A program made the translations under genes and the position numbers. A stretch of 64,000 nucleotides of DNA from Anaerolineales bacterium UBA5797 (lineage in GTDB: Bacteria > Chloroflexota > Anaerolineae > Anaerolineales > Villigracilaceae): positions 129,123 through 193,122 of the forward strand of contig DIDP01000008.1 in assembly GCA_002418205.1 (NCBI GenBank), given 5' to 3'. Positions 9,513-18,790 of this stretch are shown here, in pieces; position 1 is the first letter of the stretch; every line of letters begins with the position of its first letter. Below the pieces are notes generated by a model. It searched no databases. It saw nothing but the letters and a program-made list of their open reading frames with translations, and was not told where the DNA came from.

Positions 9513-10376
9513 TTAACGAACGAACCTGTTCCCGTGGACCTTGTTGGTGGGCGAGAGAGGCGGGTCACCCACACTGACGATAAGGCAGTCCGTACCCGGC
9601 AGGCAATTGATCTTATTCGCCAGCACGCTGTTGTATTCGTTATTCCCTTCAAACGAAATGCCTGCTTGTTGAACAAACTGGATCGTGTTGTTAATCACGC
9701 GGTTGCCCGACGAGCCCGATCCAATGAGGATGCCCTGCCAGCCATTCCCGATTATGTTGTGGCTGACCGTATTGCCATCTGATTTTTCGAGGAAGATGCC
9801 AAGTCCCTGACTTGAGCCGATTAGTGAATTGTCCGAGATGATTGTCTCTGTGGACTCAAGTAGTTGAATGACTGTGGCATTCCCTGCTGCGTGGTTGCCG
9901 GTGATGATCCAACCGTCCGCGCCGCGTGCTCCGATCGCATAGCTGTTTGCGATGAAGACATTGTCCCTGATCGTGACGTTCCTGTGCGTGCCATATGAGG
10001 CAATGATCCCGTTCTCACAGACGAATCGAATGCCTTCGATGACGACGTTGTCTGTCACAAAGTCGTCAAAGAAGATGCCATCGGCGCAATTGGTGATCAT
10101 GGCTCCGTTTTTGGAGCGGAGCGTGACATCAGAAAGATAGATATTGATGGAGCGATCGTCGCTGGTATATATGAAGTCCCCGGCACTTGCATCGAGTGTG
10201 ACGATACCGGGGTGCTCGCCCCGATCCGTTGCCGCCTCCATGGCAAGTTCGATATCCATTGCACCGGTCACCTGGCTTGCATTTAGGGTAACTTCTTTAA
10301 CAAATTCACCCTTCAAAGGCGCGTTGCCGAGGGTGAACAGCATCGAAATCGAAAGAAGCAAAGCTATCTTTCTCAT
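9513..10376 (-). CDS. Secreted right-handed parallel beta-helix repeat protein
   Basis: 287-aa ORF with signal peptide MRKIALLLSISMLFTLGNAPL. Repeated roughly 22-aa units with the pattern I.(G/N)N.(I/F)... are typical of PbH1/NosD-like beta-helices. Confidence 0.75.
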   Translation of the reverse strand: MRKIALLLSISMLFTLGNAPLKGEFVKEVTLNASQVTGAMDIELAMEAATDRGEHPGIVTLDASAGDFIYTSDDRSINIYLSDVTLRSKNGAMITNCADGIFFDDFVTDNVVIEGIRFVCENGIIASYGTHRNVTIRDNVFIANSYAIGARGADGWIITGNHAAGNATVIQLLESTETIISDNSLIGSSQGLGIFLEKSDGNTVSHNIIGNGWQGILIGSGSSGNRVINNTIQFVQQAGISFEGNNEYNSVLANKINCLPGTDCLIVSVGDPPLSPTNKVHGNRFVR

Positions 10377-11480
10377 GGTTCCCTCCCAGGGAATACCTTG
10401 TAGTCGGTCCTAAACCGGGAATTATGAATTGACTTTTCTCACGGCGGCAGGTTGTAACCTGCTTATTGTCAAGGTTGGAACTGTATTGTCATTTCATAGA
10501 CTCATTATGATCATGTTTTGTTTCCGATTCAAGTGGGTGACTGGTAATCCGATAATTTCAGTTCAAAATGGATGCTTTGTCTGCGTTACTGCCATCGGAT
10601 CGCTGAAACTGGGGATGGCATTGTGATACGGATTCGAACAAAACCGATTCGCTGTAGTTCTTGATGAAAGCACAAGTCTGGTCAGGTGATGATCACAGAT
10701 GAGATATTTAACCGGCGTAGGCATGGACGTCGATCTGGCTGGTCCACATAAAAAAGTAGAGGGAATGACTCCTAAGCGTGTGGTCACTGATGATTTGATC
10801 TGTCCTATTTGCAGGTGGAGAACCTCGATTTACTTTCGTAATCGTTTCAAGGTGCAATTCCTTTGATGAATTGTCCATAACAAGTCAGTTTCAAAGTCTT
10901 GTCTGAAAATCTGTGACTGTAACCCGTTGATGACAAAAAACACTTGAAATGAGTTTCGATTTGTGCTACAAAAAAATTGATGTACCACATCGCCGCGGCA
11001 ATATTTAGCGGTGGTTATTTAACTTAGAAGTTGACTGGGGGAGCATCCAGGGTTTTATACGTTCCAGGCGTGCGGCATGTTAATTTCATATTGCTTGTGG
11101 ATGGGGGTGTGTATTCATTTGCAAGGAGGGCGTATGCCTTTGAATATCAAGGTGAGTGTGGCGTGTCTCTATCGGGACACGGATCTTGAACCCTGCCGGT
11201 GACGTTGGCGGTTTTTGGCAGTTCTTGCGCTTGTTTTGGCAGTCGTCAAGCGACATAGTGTAGTCATGAAACCGAGAGGAAAGTCCATGAATTTTGGGGA
11301 TAAGGGTGGCGAATTTCATTCTGTTTGCAGCCAGTTGACGGTGCGAATCGGTATCACTGACGGAGGGCAGCCTATGAGAGAAAACGAAACCATATTCCAC
11401 TGACATCACAGGCGGCGTGATGGCTCTGTCATCGAACGCCATTTTCGTTTCTTGAAAAATTGATCACGGGAGGGATCAAA

Positions 11481-13409
11481 ATGAACATGAAACTATCAAC
11501 AAATCGAAAACTCATAAGGATGTTTGCGAACGTCCTGAGTGTCCTTGTCATCCTGGCGCTGGCGTTTCCGGTGGTGGGGAGTGCGTACGCTGCGCCTTCT
11601 TCTCCATTCCTTGGGAAATGGCGCGCGATTGATGTGGATGGGAGTGAGATGTCGCTGGCGATTGGCGGTCCTCCCGCAGGACCATTCCAAATCACATGGA
11701 CGGACGACTACATCAGTTACTGCAATGGGGAGGCTGGTATTGTGCGCGGAACCGCTTCGCTCAACGAGAATGATCCGAATCTCCTCGAGGCTGATGTGCA
11801 TCTGGAGTGCTTCAGGAGCGGTGCGACGCTCGATTTCCACGTCACGTTCCGCTACCATCCAATCACGAACACGCTTTCCATTCGCTATTGGTTTGGGCAG
11901 GTCACCATCTGGCATCGTCCCGGTGGCGGGCAGGCAGAGGAACCTCCTGCGCTTGGTTTGCGAGTCAACTATGGGCATGACTGGGTGGAGAGTTTCTACG
12001 AAGCCGGGCATACAGTATGGGTCGCTATCACCGATGGCGATGGGAATCTGAAGGCAACAGCCGAACTTGTTACAGAGCCAAAGGATTTCTGGGGCGGTGA
12101 GACCGGCTTCCAGACACAGTGGTCGGATTGGATTGATCCGGATGGAAATTCGATGGACAACCCGCCCGACATCCAGCCCTTTGACTGGGTGTATGGATGG
12201 GTGGACAACGGTGCCAGCGCCCAGGTGCAGATCGGCGACATCAGCGGGACGATCGATCTTAATGCTGATTCCATCGAAGGCACGGTCAATGCGCCGTGGT
12301 TCTCGGATGAGGTGGAGGTGGATTGTCACTCGTGGGGTGCGCCGCTGCTGGAAGAAATCCTGAAGTACGACACGGTTCTGCCGGATGGCGAAGACACATA
12401 TTCCTGCTCCTGGGCAGACGAGTGGAATATTCAACCCTATCAGGATGTGGGTGTGGGGTATTCAGGACCCGATGGGAACTGGGTGGCAAATGCAATCATT
12501 CCACCCAATCCCCGCATTGTCGCTTCAGAAGCCGGGGATTGGTTCTGGGTAACAGAATTCTACCCGGGACTGTTGGATCTATTCATCTATGAATCTGCCG
12601 ATGAGGGTGCAACGCTGTTGTGGTCGGGTCAACAGGAAGCTATAGACCTGTGGGGCATTACAGTCATTGAGCCGAATGTCCACGATCTGGATCTGGTGCC
12701 GGGCAATTATCTAGTGGTCTCTGATCGGGTGAATCAGAAAAGCCTGGTGCTGCAACCAATCTCTGTGACAGTGTTCGATACTGAAAATGAGATTATGGCT
12801 GGGTTCGCGCCTCCGGGATCGGAAGTCTGGGCGGCGGCAGGTCCACAGGATTGGCAGGAGCGCCTCATGATGACAGCCGATTCCGCGACTGGTGCATGGC
12901 TGGCTGATTTCAAGATCATTGGCTTCGACATCACTGAAGATATGCGAGAATGGAGCTATGTTCACGTCTACGACGAAGATGGAGACGCAAATGAGGGGAG
13001 CACACCTCCGCCGGGAGCCACACTGATTGTCGTCGCCAATCAGGAGGGCTGGGTAGATTCCGGGATTCCCGTCAGCGCCGGGCAGTCGTTTATGATCAAG
13101 GCGTTTGGGCTCATGAATCCCTGCTCAGATACCTACCCCAATGGCGCGGATTACTGCATCTTCTTTACACCACAGGGTGCGGAAGGCGTGGTGCCGGATG
13201 AGAATGAGTTTGGCGACTTCCCCGGACCAGGATTGCGCTTCATGGCGTTGCTGGGGCGGATTGATGACGGTGAGCCATTTTACGTCGGTGCAGGTGGCAC
13301 TTTCACTGCGGAGCGGGACGGTACATTGTGGTTCACTCCCAACGATAATCTTCGCACAGACAATCAGGGTACGTATGTTGTGCTGATCTGGCTTGAGCCA
13401 ATGGGATAA
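11481..13409 (+). CDS. Secreted protein with C-terminal PA-IL (LecA)-like lectin-type domain
   Basis: Start at ATG 11481, with GGGAGGG 6 nt upstream. Signal peptide ...VLVILALAFPVVGSAYA. The C-terminal roughly 120 aa (GQSFMIKAFG...LLGRIDDGEPFYVGAGGTFTAERDGTLWFTPNDNLRTDNQGTYVVLI) follow the PA-IL pattern G.L...IG....VG...ND....DN.G. (recalled, not searched). Confidence 0.7.
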   Translation: MNMKLSTNRKLIRMFANVLSVLVILALAFPVVGSAYAAPSSPFLGKWRAIDVDGSEMSLAIGGPPAGPFQITWTDDYISYCNGEAGIVRGTASLNENDPNLLEADVHLECFRSGATLDFHVTFRYHPITNTLSIRYWFGQVTIWHRPGGGQAEEPPALGLRVNYGHDWVESFYEAGHTVWVAITDGDGNLKATAELVTEPKDFWGGETGFQTQWSDWIDPDGNSMDNPPDIQPFDWVYGWVDNGASAQVQIGDISGTIDLNADSIEGTVNAPWFSDEVEVDCHSWGAPLLEEILKYDTVLPDGEDTYSCSWADEWNIQPYQDVGVGYSGPDGNWVANAIIPPNPRIVASEAGDWFWVTEFYPGLLDLFIYESADEGATLLWSGQQEAIDLWGITVIEPNVHDLDLVPGNYLVVSDRVNQKSLVLQPISVTVFDTENEIMAGFAPPGSEVWAAAGPQDWQERLMMTADSATGAWLADFKIIGFDITEDMREWSYVHVYDEDGDANEGSTPPPGATLIVVANQEGWVDSGIPVSAGQSFMIKAFGLMNPCSDTYPNGADYCIFFTPQGAEGVVPDENEFGDFPGPGLRFMALLGRIDDGEPFYVGAGGTFTAERDGTLWFTPNDNLRTDNQGTYVVLIWLEPMG

Positions 13410-13563
13410 TGCGTTTTTCCGCATATGGTGGGGAGGGGCGATCCTCCCCACCGCGATCTGAGAGTCTGGTTTGCGAGTTAATGTGAGCTCGAGATAGACC
13501 GTTTTGTACATGGATTTTTCCGTCTGATCCGTTAGGCGGCTTCATTCAAACGAAGGAAGAAAA

Positions 13564-14397
13564 ATGAACAATAAGGAGGAATTGCTGGAAATTGCAGCAA
13601 TTCTAGTGACAGCAATTGCCATACTCTTGGGAGCATGTGGCACATCCCCTTCTGCAGTTGCTACTGCAACAGGCATACCCGCTCTCAGCTTAACCCCTGC
13701 ACTCCAACTGAACCCGATTCCCACAGCGACGGAGACAATGAAAGAATTGGATCTTGTTATCCTTAGCGATTCCTCTCTATTGGGCGTCGGGAAATATTAT
13801 GCCGCTTACATCGAAGAGGACCTGAATGCCACGGTCAATCTGCATGACGAGTGGCAGGGGTCTTTGAGCGCGAAAACTCTGCTGAAACAATTACAGAAGG
13901 AGGAAAGATTGCGCCGCATTCTTCGGGACTCTGAAGTCGTGGTGTACTTCGGCAACCCAGTGGGTAGCGCAACAGGGGACTGGAGCTGTGTTCCTCGAGC
14001 CAATTATGTGAAGGATTGTTCGCCGGAGACCTTCTCTGAATATCAGGCGACTCTGGAGGCAATCGTCGAAGAGATTCTTGCTCTCCGAGATGGCGCGCCG
14101 ACGATCATTCGCGCCACGGATTTTTATGTGCCGGTTCTAACCCAATGGCGGGAGGCGGGCTTGGAAGTCGAATGTACCCGGTGCATCGAAAACATGGTTG
14201 CCGCGGTGCATGAAGCCGCTGCCGCACAAAATATACCCGTGGCTCGCGTCTACGATGCGCTCAATGGACCCAATCACGATGTTGACCCCCGAGATATGGG
14301 CTACATTGGGGCTGACGACATACACACCAGTGACCTTGGGCAGCAAGTGATCGCCAGCCTTTTACGCGAACTTGGATATGAACCCGTGGTGCCTTAA
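13564..14397 (+). CDS. SGNH/GDSL-type hydrolase lipoprotein
   Basis: 277-aa ORF with lipobox LLGAC. Block I LVILSDSS and block V DDIHTSDLG (DxxH). Confidence 0.7.
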   Translation: MNNKEELLEIAAILVTAIAILLGACGTSPSAVATATGIPALSLTPALQLNPIPTATETMKELDLVILSDSSLLGVGKYYAAYIEEDLNATVNLHDEWQGSLSAKTLLKQLQKEERLRRILRDSEVVVYFGNPVGSATGDWSCVPRANYVKDCSPETFSEYQATLEAIVEEILALRDGAPTIIRATDFYVPVLTQWREAGLEVECTRCIENMVAAVHEAAAAQNIPVARVYDALNGPNHDVDPRDMGYIGADDIHTSDLGQQVIASLLRELGYEPVVP

Positions 14398-14470
14398 CTC
14401 AGACCGCGAGTTAATGTGCAACGGCAAAAAGTTACGCGCGTATGCGCCAACATGACATGAGGAGCATAAG

Positions 14471-15808
14471 ATGAACATTCCAGTATTTTTGCATTGCAAA
14501 CCTGCCGTTTCAATATTGCTGATCGCATTGACCCTTGTTATGACTGGATGCGGATCGGGGATAACCGAGATTCCAGCAGCGCCCTCTGCCACCCTCGCCC
14601 AACCCACTGCGCCTCCGACCACGCCTCCAACTGATACGCCGATCCCGACAGATACCCCGACCCCAACCGATTCACCGACACCCTTCGTGCCCAAGGCGAC
14701 CATCAAGATCGCCAGTCAAAGCCCGTTGTCGGTCCAATTTGCGAACTTTGGAACAGACATCATGCGCAGCGCGGATCTGGCGGTCGGGCAATTGGCTGGT
14801 CCGTTGATGGAATTGGGATACAAGATGGAACTTGCGTCCCATGATGACCAGAGCGATTTTGGAGTCGCGGCATCGGTTGCAAAGAAAATCGTCGCCGACT
14901 CGGAAATATTATGTGTTGTCGGTCCCTTCACTTCGCGCGTTTTGAATCAAGTGAAAGAGATCTATCATCAGGCGGGGCTGGCTTTCGTTTCTCCATCTGC
15001 GACCGCCGCATTCGCAGCCGCCAGCGGATACCCTGAGGTCAATCGCGTTTTGGGGCGCAACGATGGTGAAGGGGCGGCTGGCGCGCAGTTTGCCCAAGCC
15101 CGGGGTTTTTCGCGTGTTTTCATCATCAGCGAAAACTCGGATATTGGCAGGTTCATCGCGAAGAATTTCAAGAACGAAGTGAGCCGCCTCGGTGTGACCG
15201 TTGTGGGCGATATGTCAACTGACGCGGTGAGGGATTTCGGCAAGCTCATTGAGCGTGTCTTATCGAGCAACGCCGACCTGATATATTTCAGTACTCTCAA
15301 TATTGAGCAGGCAGGTACCTTCTTCAGGGAAGTGCGCGCCGCGGGGTACACGGGCACTTTAATGGGAATGAGCGGTCTCGATACCCCTTCCCTGCCGGAA
15401 TTTGCGGGTCCGTTGTTGACTGATGGCGGAGGGATGTATTACACAAACGTTGTCCTCCCCGCCAGCGGTTATCCCGATGCCGCCAACTTCATTGAAGACT
15501 TCGAGACACTTTACAACACAGTGCCAGAGATGTTTGCCGTGCAAGCCTACGATGCGGCGGGGATATGTCTTAAAGCCATCGAGGAAGCCTCCAAAGCCAA
15601 AAGCGGCGAAATCCCCACGCGCGCCGAGGTTGCCAACGCTGTCCGCGCGCTTCAGGATTTTCAGGGGATTACCGGTATGTATAACTTCGATGAGAATGGC
15701 GACCCAAATCCGGCGCGATACTTCGTACTTCAGGTTATTTCCACTGATCCGAGTGAATGGAATCAAAATACCCTGGTTGCCTCGTTTGAGATAGCCCCGC
15801 CTCAATAA
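14471..15808 (+). CDS. ABC transporter substrate-binding lipoprotein, branched-chain amino acid (LivJ/type I PBP) family
   Basis: 445-aa ORF with lipobox LVMTGCGS and a Pro/Thr-rich linker, followed by a periplasmic-binding-protein type I fold pattern (VVGPFTSRV, YFSTL, AYDAA). Confidence 0.8.
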   Translation: MNIPVFLHCKPAVSILLIALTLVMTGCGSGITEIPAAPSATLAQPTAPPTTPPTDTPIPTDTPTPTDSPTPFVPKATIKIASQSPLSVQFANFGTDIMRSADLAVGQLAGPLMELGYKMELASHDDQSDFGVAASVAKKIVADSEILCVVGPFTSRVLNQVKEIYHQAGLAFVSPSATAAFAAASGYPEVNRVLGRNDGEGAAGAQFAQARGFSRVFIISENSDIGRFIAKNFKNEVSRLGVTVVGDMSTDAVRDFGKLIERVLSSNADLIYFSTLNIEQAGTFFREVRAAGYTGTLMGMSGLDTPSLPEFAGPLLTDGGGMYYTNVVLPASGYPDAANFIEDFETLYNTVPEMFAVQAYDAAGICLKAIEEASKAKSGEIPTRAEVANAVRALQDFQGITGMYNFDENGDPNPARYFVLQVISTDPSEWNQNTLVASFEIAPPQ

Positions 15809-15811
15809 TAA

Positions 15812-16210
15812 ATGGAAGACCTCCTCCTTGCGTGGATTCGCTCGGCGCGTAATCGCCCCTTTCTCCTCATCATTGCCGGACGGCTCTCCGGGTTTCATGA
15901 TTGGAAGCGGACGCATCTCCCGATCGCCTGTCAGGTGGTCGGCTCCACGATATTCCTCCATTTTGATGGAGAGGAACGTTTGACGATTTCCGATGCAGCC
16001 GGATTGATCGTGGAGCCCAATGGCGAGCTGTGGGTGGGAGATGCCAGCGAGGTGAGATTCATTTGGGTTTCTGACGAGAATCCGGCCAAGGATTGTGAGG
16101 AGGTCTTCACGAAATTTGGCAGGTTCATTTTATTCAATAGAACGGATGACTTGTACACCACAGGAACGGGTTATATGTCATCAGGAGACAAGTTTGTTGT
16201 GCTTCGATGA
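15812..16210 (+). CDS. Hypothetical protein
   Basis: 132-aa ORF starting 1 nt after the stop codon of the upstream binding-protein gene. Codon composition looks coding. No recognisable motif. Confidence 0.45.
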   Translation: MEDLLLAWIRSARNRPFLLIIAGRLSGFHDWKRTHLPIACQVVGSTIFLHFDGEERLTISDAAGLIVEPNGELWVGDASEVRFIWVSDENPAKDCEEVFTKFGRFILFNRTDDLYTTGTGYMSSGDKFVVLR

Positions 16211-16230
16211 TTTCCACCCGCCTGCCGCCA

Positions 16231-17460
16231 TTACGAAATTCCCAGCCATTGCAACACGCCATGTCCCGCTGAATAGCCGCTTGAGAAACAGGCTGTCAAC
16301 AAATAACCTCCCGTTGGCGCCTCCCAATCGAGCATTTCGCCCGCGCAGAAAACGCCGGGCAGGCTCTTCAACATCAAATGCTCGTCCAGCGACTCGAACG
16401 TCAAGCCGCCCGCACTGCTGATGGCTTCATCCAGCGGGCGCGGCGTGACCAGCAATACAGGTAATGCTTTAATAAACCCGGCAAGTTTTTCCGGGTTCGT
16501 AAAATCCTGCTTCAAAACAGCCTCGCGCAACAAGCCGGCTTTCACGCCTTTGATCCCCAACGTCTTATCGAGGTAACTTGCCAGTGAACGTTTGCCGCGC
16601 GGGCGCGATAATTTATCTACAAGCCATTCCAAAGTTCGATCCGGTTTTAAATCCAAATCGATGACCGCCCTGCCATTTGCCTCGATTTCATCACGGATCA
16701 TTGCCGAGGCGGCGTAGATCAGACTTCCCTCCACACCTTCTTTCGTCACGATGAATTCGCCCCGTTGACGAAAATCCTTGAACGATAAAACTACAGATTT
16801 GATCGGATGTCCTTCAAACTTCTCGCGGAAGTGCGGACTCCATGCCGCGTCAAATCCGCAATTGGAGGGACGCAGCGGTTCGACCTCTGCTCCAGCCTGC
16901 CTCAGCCAATCGACCCATGCCCCGTCCGAGCCGAGTCGCCGCCAACTCCCGCCACCCAGGGCAAGGACGACCGCATCGGCTTTGATCGTCACCTCGTCAT
17001 CGGGTGTGACGAACTCCAATAATATGCTCGAGGTGGCGGGAGCAGGTGCAGAGAACCCCCTCCATTTGTGGCGCAGGTGAAAGGTCACGCCTGAATCGCT
17101 CAATCGCTTGAGCCATGCCCTCAACAGCGGACTGGCTTTCATGCCGAAGGGAAAGACGCGTCCCGAGGTCCCCACAAAAGTATCAATGCCAAGGCTGTAG
17201 ACCCAGTTACGTAATTCGTCCGCCCCGAATTCTTTCAGCAGGGGTTCGATCTGCGGACGGCGTTTGCCGTATCTTGAAATGAACACATCGAACGGATCGG
17301 AGTGCGTGATGTTCAGTCCGCTCTTGCCCGCCATGAGGAATTTGCGGCCTACCGATGGCATTGCATCGTACACATCCACCTTCACACCGCGCGCGCTGAT
17401 GACCTCCGCAGCCATCAACCCCGCTGGTCCGCCGCCGATAACGGCTACTGATGCACTCAT
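16231..17460 (-). CDS. NAD(P)/FAD-dependent oxidoreductase, HI0933/BaiN-like flavoprotein family
   Basis: 409-aa ORF with an N-terminal dinucleotide fold VAVIGGGPAGLMAAE. Length and C-terminal pattern (GEMLDWEAPTGGYLL) are typical of this family. Confidence 0.85.
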   Translation of the reverse strand: MSASVAVIGGGPAGLMAAEVISARGVKVDVYDAMPSVGRKFLMAGKSGLNITHSDPFDVFISRYGKRRPQIEPLLKEFGADELRNWVYSLGIDTFVGTSGRVFPFGMKASPLLRAWLKRLSDSGVTFHLRHKWRGFSAPAPATSSILLEFVTPDDEVTIKADAVVLALGGGSWRRLGSDGAWVDWLRQAGAEVEPLRPSNCGFDAAWSPHFREKFEGHPIKSVVLSFKDFRQRGEFIVTKEGVEGSLIYAASAMIRDEIEANGRAVIDLDLKPDRTLEWLVDKLSRPRGKRSLASYLDKTLGIKGVKAGLLREAVLKQDFTNPEKLAGFIKALPVLLVTPRPLDEAISSAGGLTFESLDEHLMLKSLPGVFCAGEMLDWEAPTGGYLLTACFSSGYSAGHGVLQWLGIS

Positions 17461-17466
17461 GGGATG

Positions 17467-17472
17467 ATTATA
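17467..17472 (-). promoter_or_regulatory. Candidate -10 box (TATAAT) placed for leaderless transcription of the flavoprotein gene
   Basis: The minus strand reads TATAAT-CATCCC-ATG, 6 nt between the -10 box and the start codon at 17460, with no SD sequence. Confidence 0.45.
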
Positions 17473-17491
17473 TTATGCCTATGCTGAACAT

Positions 17492-17521
17492 AAAGAAAGA
17501 CTCCTGAACCGATCAGGAGTC
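17492..17521 (-). terminator. Rho-independent terminator of the DUF885 gene
   Basis: Minus-strand RNA GACUCCUGA-ucggu-UCAGGAGUC (9 bp) followed by UUUCUUUAUGUU. The TGA stop codon (17513..17515) lies inside the 5' arm. Confidence 0.7.
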
Positions 17522-18733
17522 TTTTTGAATCCACTCTCTAATCTGTCCCGGTGTAACCGGTTCTTCAAGCAGGCGTTTGAAATATTGGTCGTGATCGCCG
17601 TGTGCGAAAAGTTCTTCGAGAAGATCATACCCAATGTCGTACGTGAAAACATAGGATCGCGAAAGCGGATTGGAAACGAATCGAATGAGATGTTTCCTTT
17701 CCTTTTCAGTGGAGAGGGCGTATCTTTGAAGGTATCGCTCCGCCTCAGCCTCGCTCTTGTGCTGGTCGTAGAGCATGAACGAAACATTGCCCATGATGCC
17801 TCCTGCCTTTTTGAGGGCATTCCCGATCTCTACAATTCGTTTCGAGTCGATGTGCGACATGTTCGCCCGCGGCAGAAACTCATCCCGATACCACGCGTTC
17901 AGCGTATCGTCTGTGAACAGGGCTTCCAGCGCCGAGGTGGCGATCCCTTCCGATACAACGCAGGAGGGGGAGTTGATCAAGGCGATTGTATGTTCGTAAT
18001 AGTTTTTCTCCGTGACAAGTTTTTGTTCCTTGATCGAGAGTTCGGTGTGATGTCCAGGGTAGCCTTCATGCGCGATCAGATTCGCCAATTCATTGATCTG
18101 CAGGGGCAGGTCGGTATTGATATCGATGCGTGAGCGAAAGCCTCCAAGATACCAGTTGTAGGCACTCCAGGGTCGGTCGGAGACGAACTCGAGTGTGAAG
18201 TCCTCCGCATCGGGCAGGTTGAATTTTTGGCGGGTCAGATCCCGCAGTCTTTTTATGATGGCTGGAAGCAGTTCCTTTGCTTTCTCAACCGGGATCTCAA
18301 GTGCGCGGTTCCATTCCTGTTTGCGCTCAGCGAGGGAGCCGCCACGCGGAAGGAGGTAATCCAATTCCTTGTGTGCCTGCTCGAAATTGGATTCATCCAC
18401 CCAGACGGGTTGGACATCGTAGAGCGCCTCCACCTCTTCAGCAAGCGGGACCATTTCGCCGCGCAGTAAGCGCAGACTCATCTGCATCCCCTTGACCTGA
18501 CGCGCTAGAAAGTCTTTGCGTTGCGCGTCCATGCCGTCAGCCTGGGAGATGTCATTCGCAAGTCGGGCAGTTCTCTCGGTCAGATCTTGAAGCGGGGGTT
18601 TTCCAGCTTGTTTTGCCTGCTCCTGCCATGTCTGTGGTCCGAAATAGGCATCCACATAACCGGGCATGTGTTCCTCGATGGCGAACGCCAACAGGATATA
18701 TTCCTCAGCTAGGCTTCGGTCAACCTCTTTCAT
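17513..18733 (-). CDS. DUF885 family metallopeptidase-like protein
   Basis: HEGYPGHH motif (DUF885 HExxPGHH). Start re-picked at MKEVDRSL, which has AAGGAG upstream; the track start is 18775. Confidence 0.75.
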   Translation of the reverse strand: MKEVDRSLAEEYILLAFAIEEHMPGYVDAYFGPQTWQEQAKQAGKPPLQDLTERTARLANDISQADGMDAQRKDFLARQVKGMQMSLRLLRGEMVPLAEEVEALYDVQPVWVDESNFEQAHKELDYLLPRGGSLAERKQEWNRALEIPVEKAKELLPAIIKRLRDLTRQKFNLPDAEDFTLEFVSDRPWSAYNWYLGGFRSRIDINTDLPLQINELANLIAHEGYPGHHTELSIKEQKLVTEKNYYEHTIALINSPSCVVSEGIATSALEALFTDDTLNAWYRDEFLPRANMSHIDSKRIVEIGNALKKAGGIMGNVSFMLYDQHKSEAEAERYLQRYALSTEKERKHLIRFVSNPLSRSYVFTYDIGYDLLEELFAHGDHDQYFKRLLEEPVTPGQIREWIQKDS

Positions 18734-18790
18734 CCGGAAACTCCTTCCAATAAATACACTGAGCGGACAGTTCAACTGCCCGCTCGTGAT

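Noticed and set aside
10765-10866. 33-codon ORF MTPKRVVTDDLICPICRWRTSIYFRNRFKVQFL in the long gap, with a CPIC motif that could be the start of a zinc-ribbon or transposase-type protein.
   Set aside because: It is too short. The purine-rich stretch sits only 1 nt from the ATG. I could not extend the reading frame across frameshifts into anything recognisable. It can only be flagged for BLASTX.
11276-11286. GAGGAAAGTCC, identical to the universally conserved CR-I/P4 segment of bacterial RNase P RNA, inside the long non-coding gap. GGGGATAAGGGTG nearby is reminiscent of the GUAAGGGUGAAAGGGUG region.
   Set aside because: The other conserved RNase P elements are absent on either strand: ACAGAAnCCGGCUUA (P4 3' strand), GGUAAACnCCACC and AGAUGAAUG. 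The flanks are AT-rich and do not form a P1-P4 framework. This is most likely a chance 11-mer; an Rfam scan with RF00010 would settle it.
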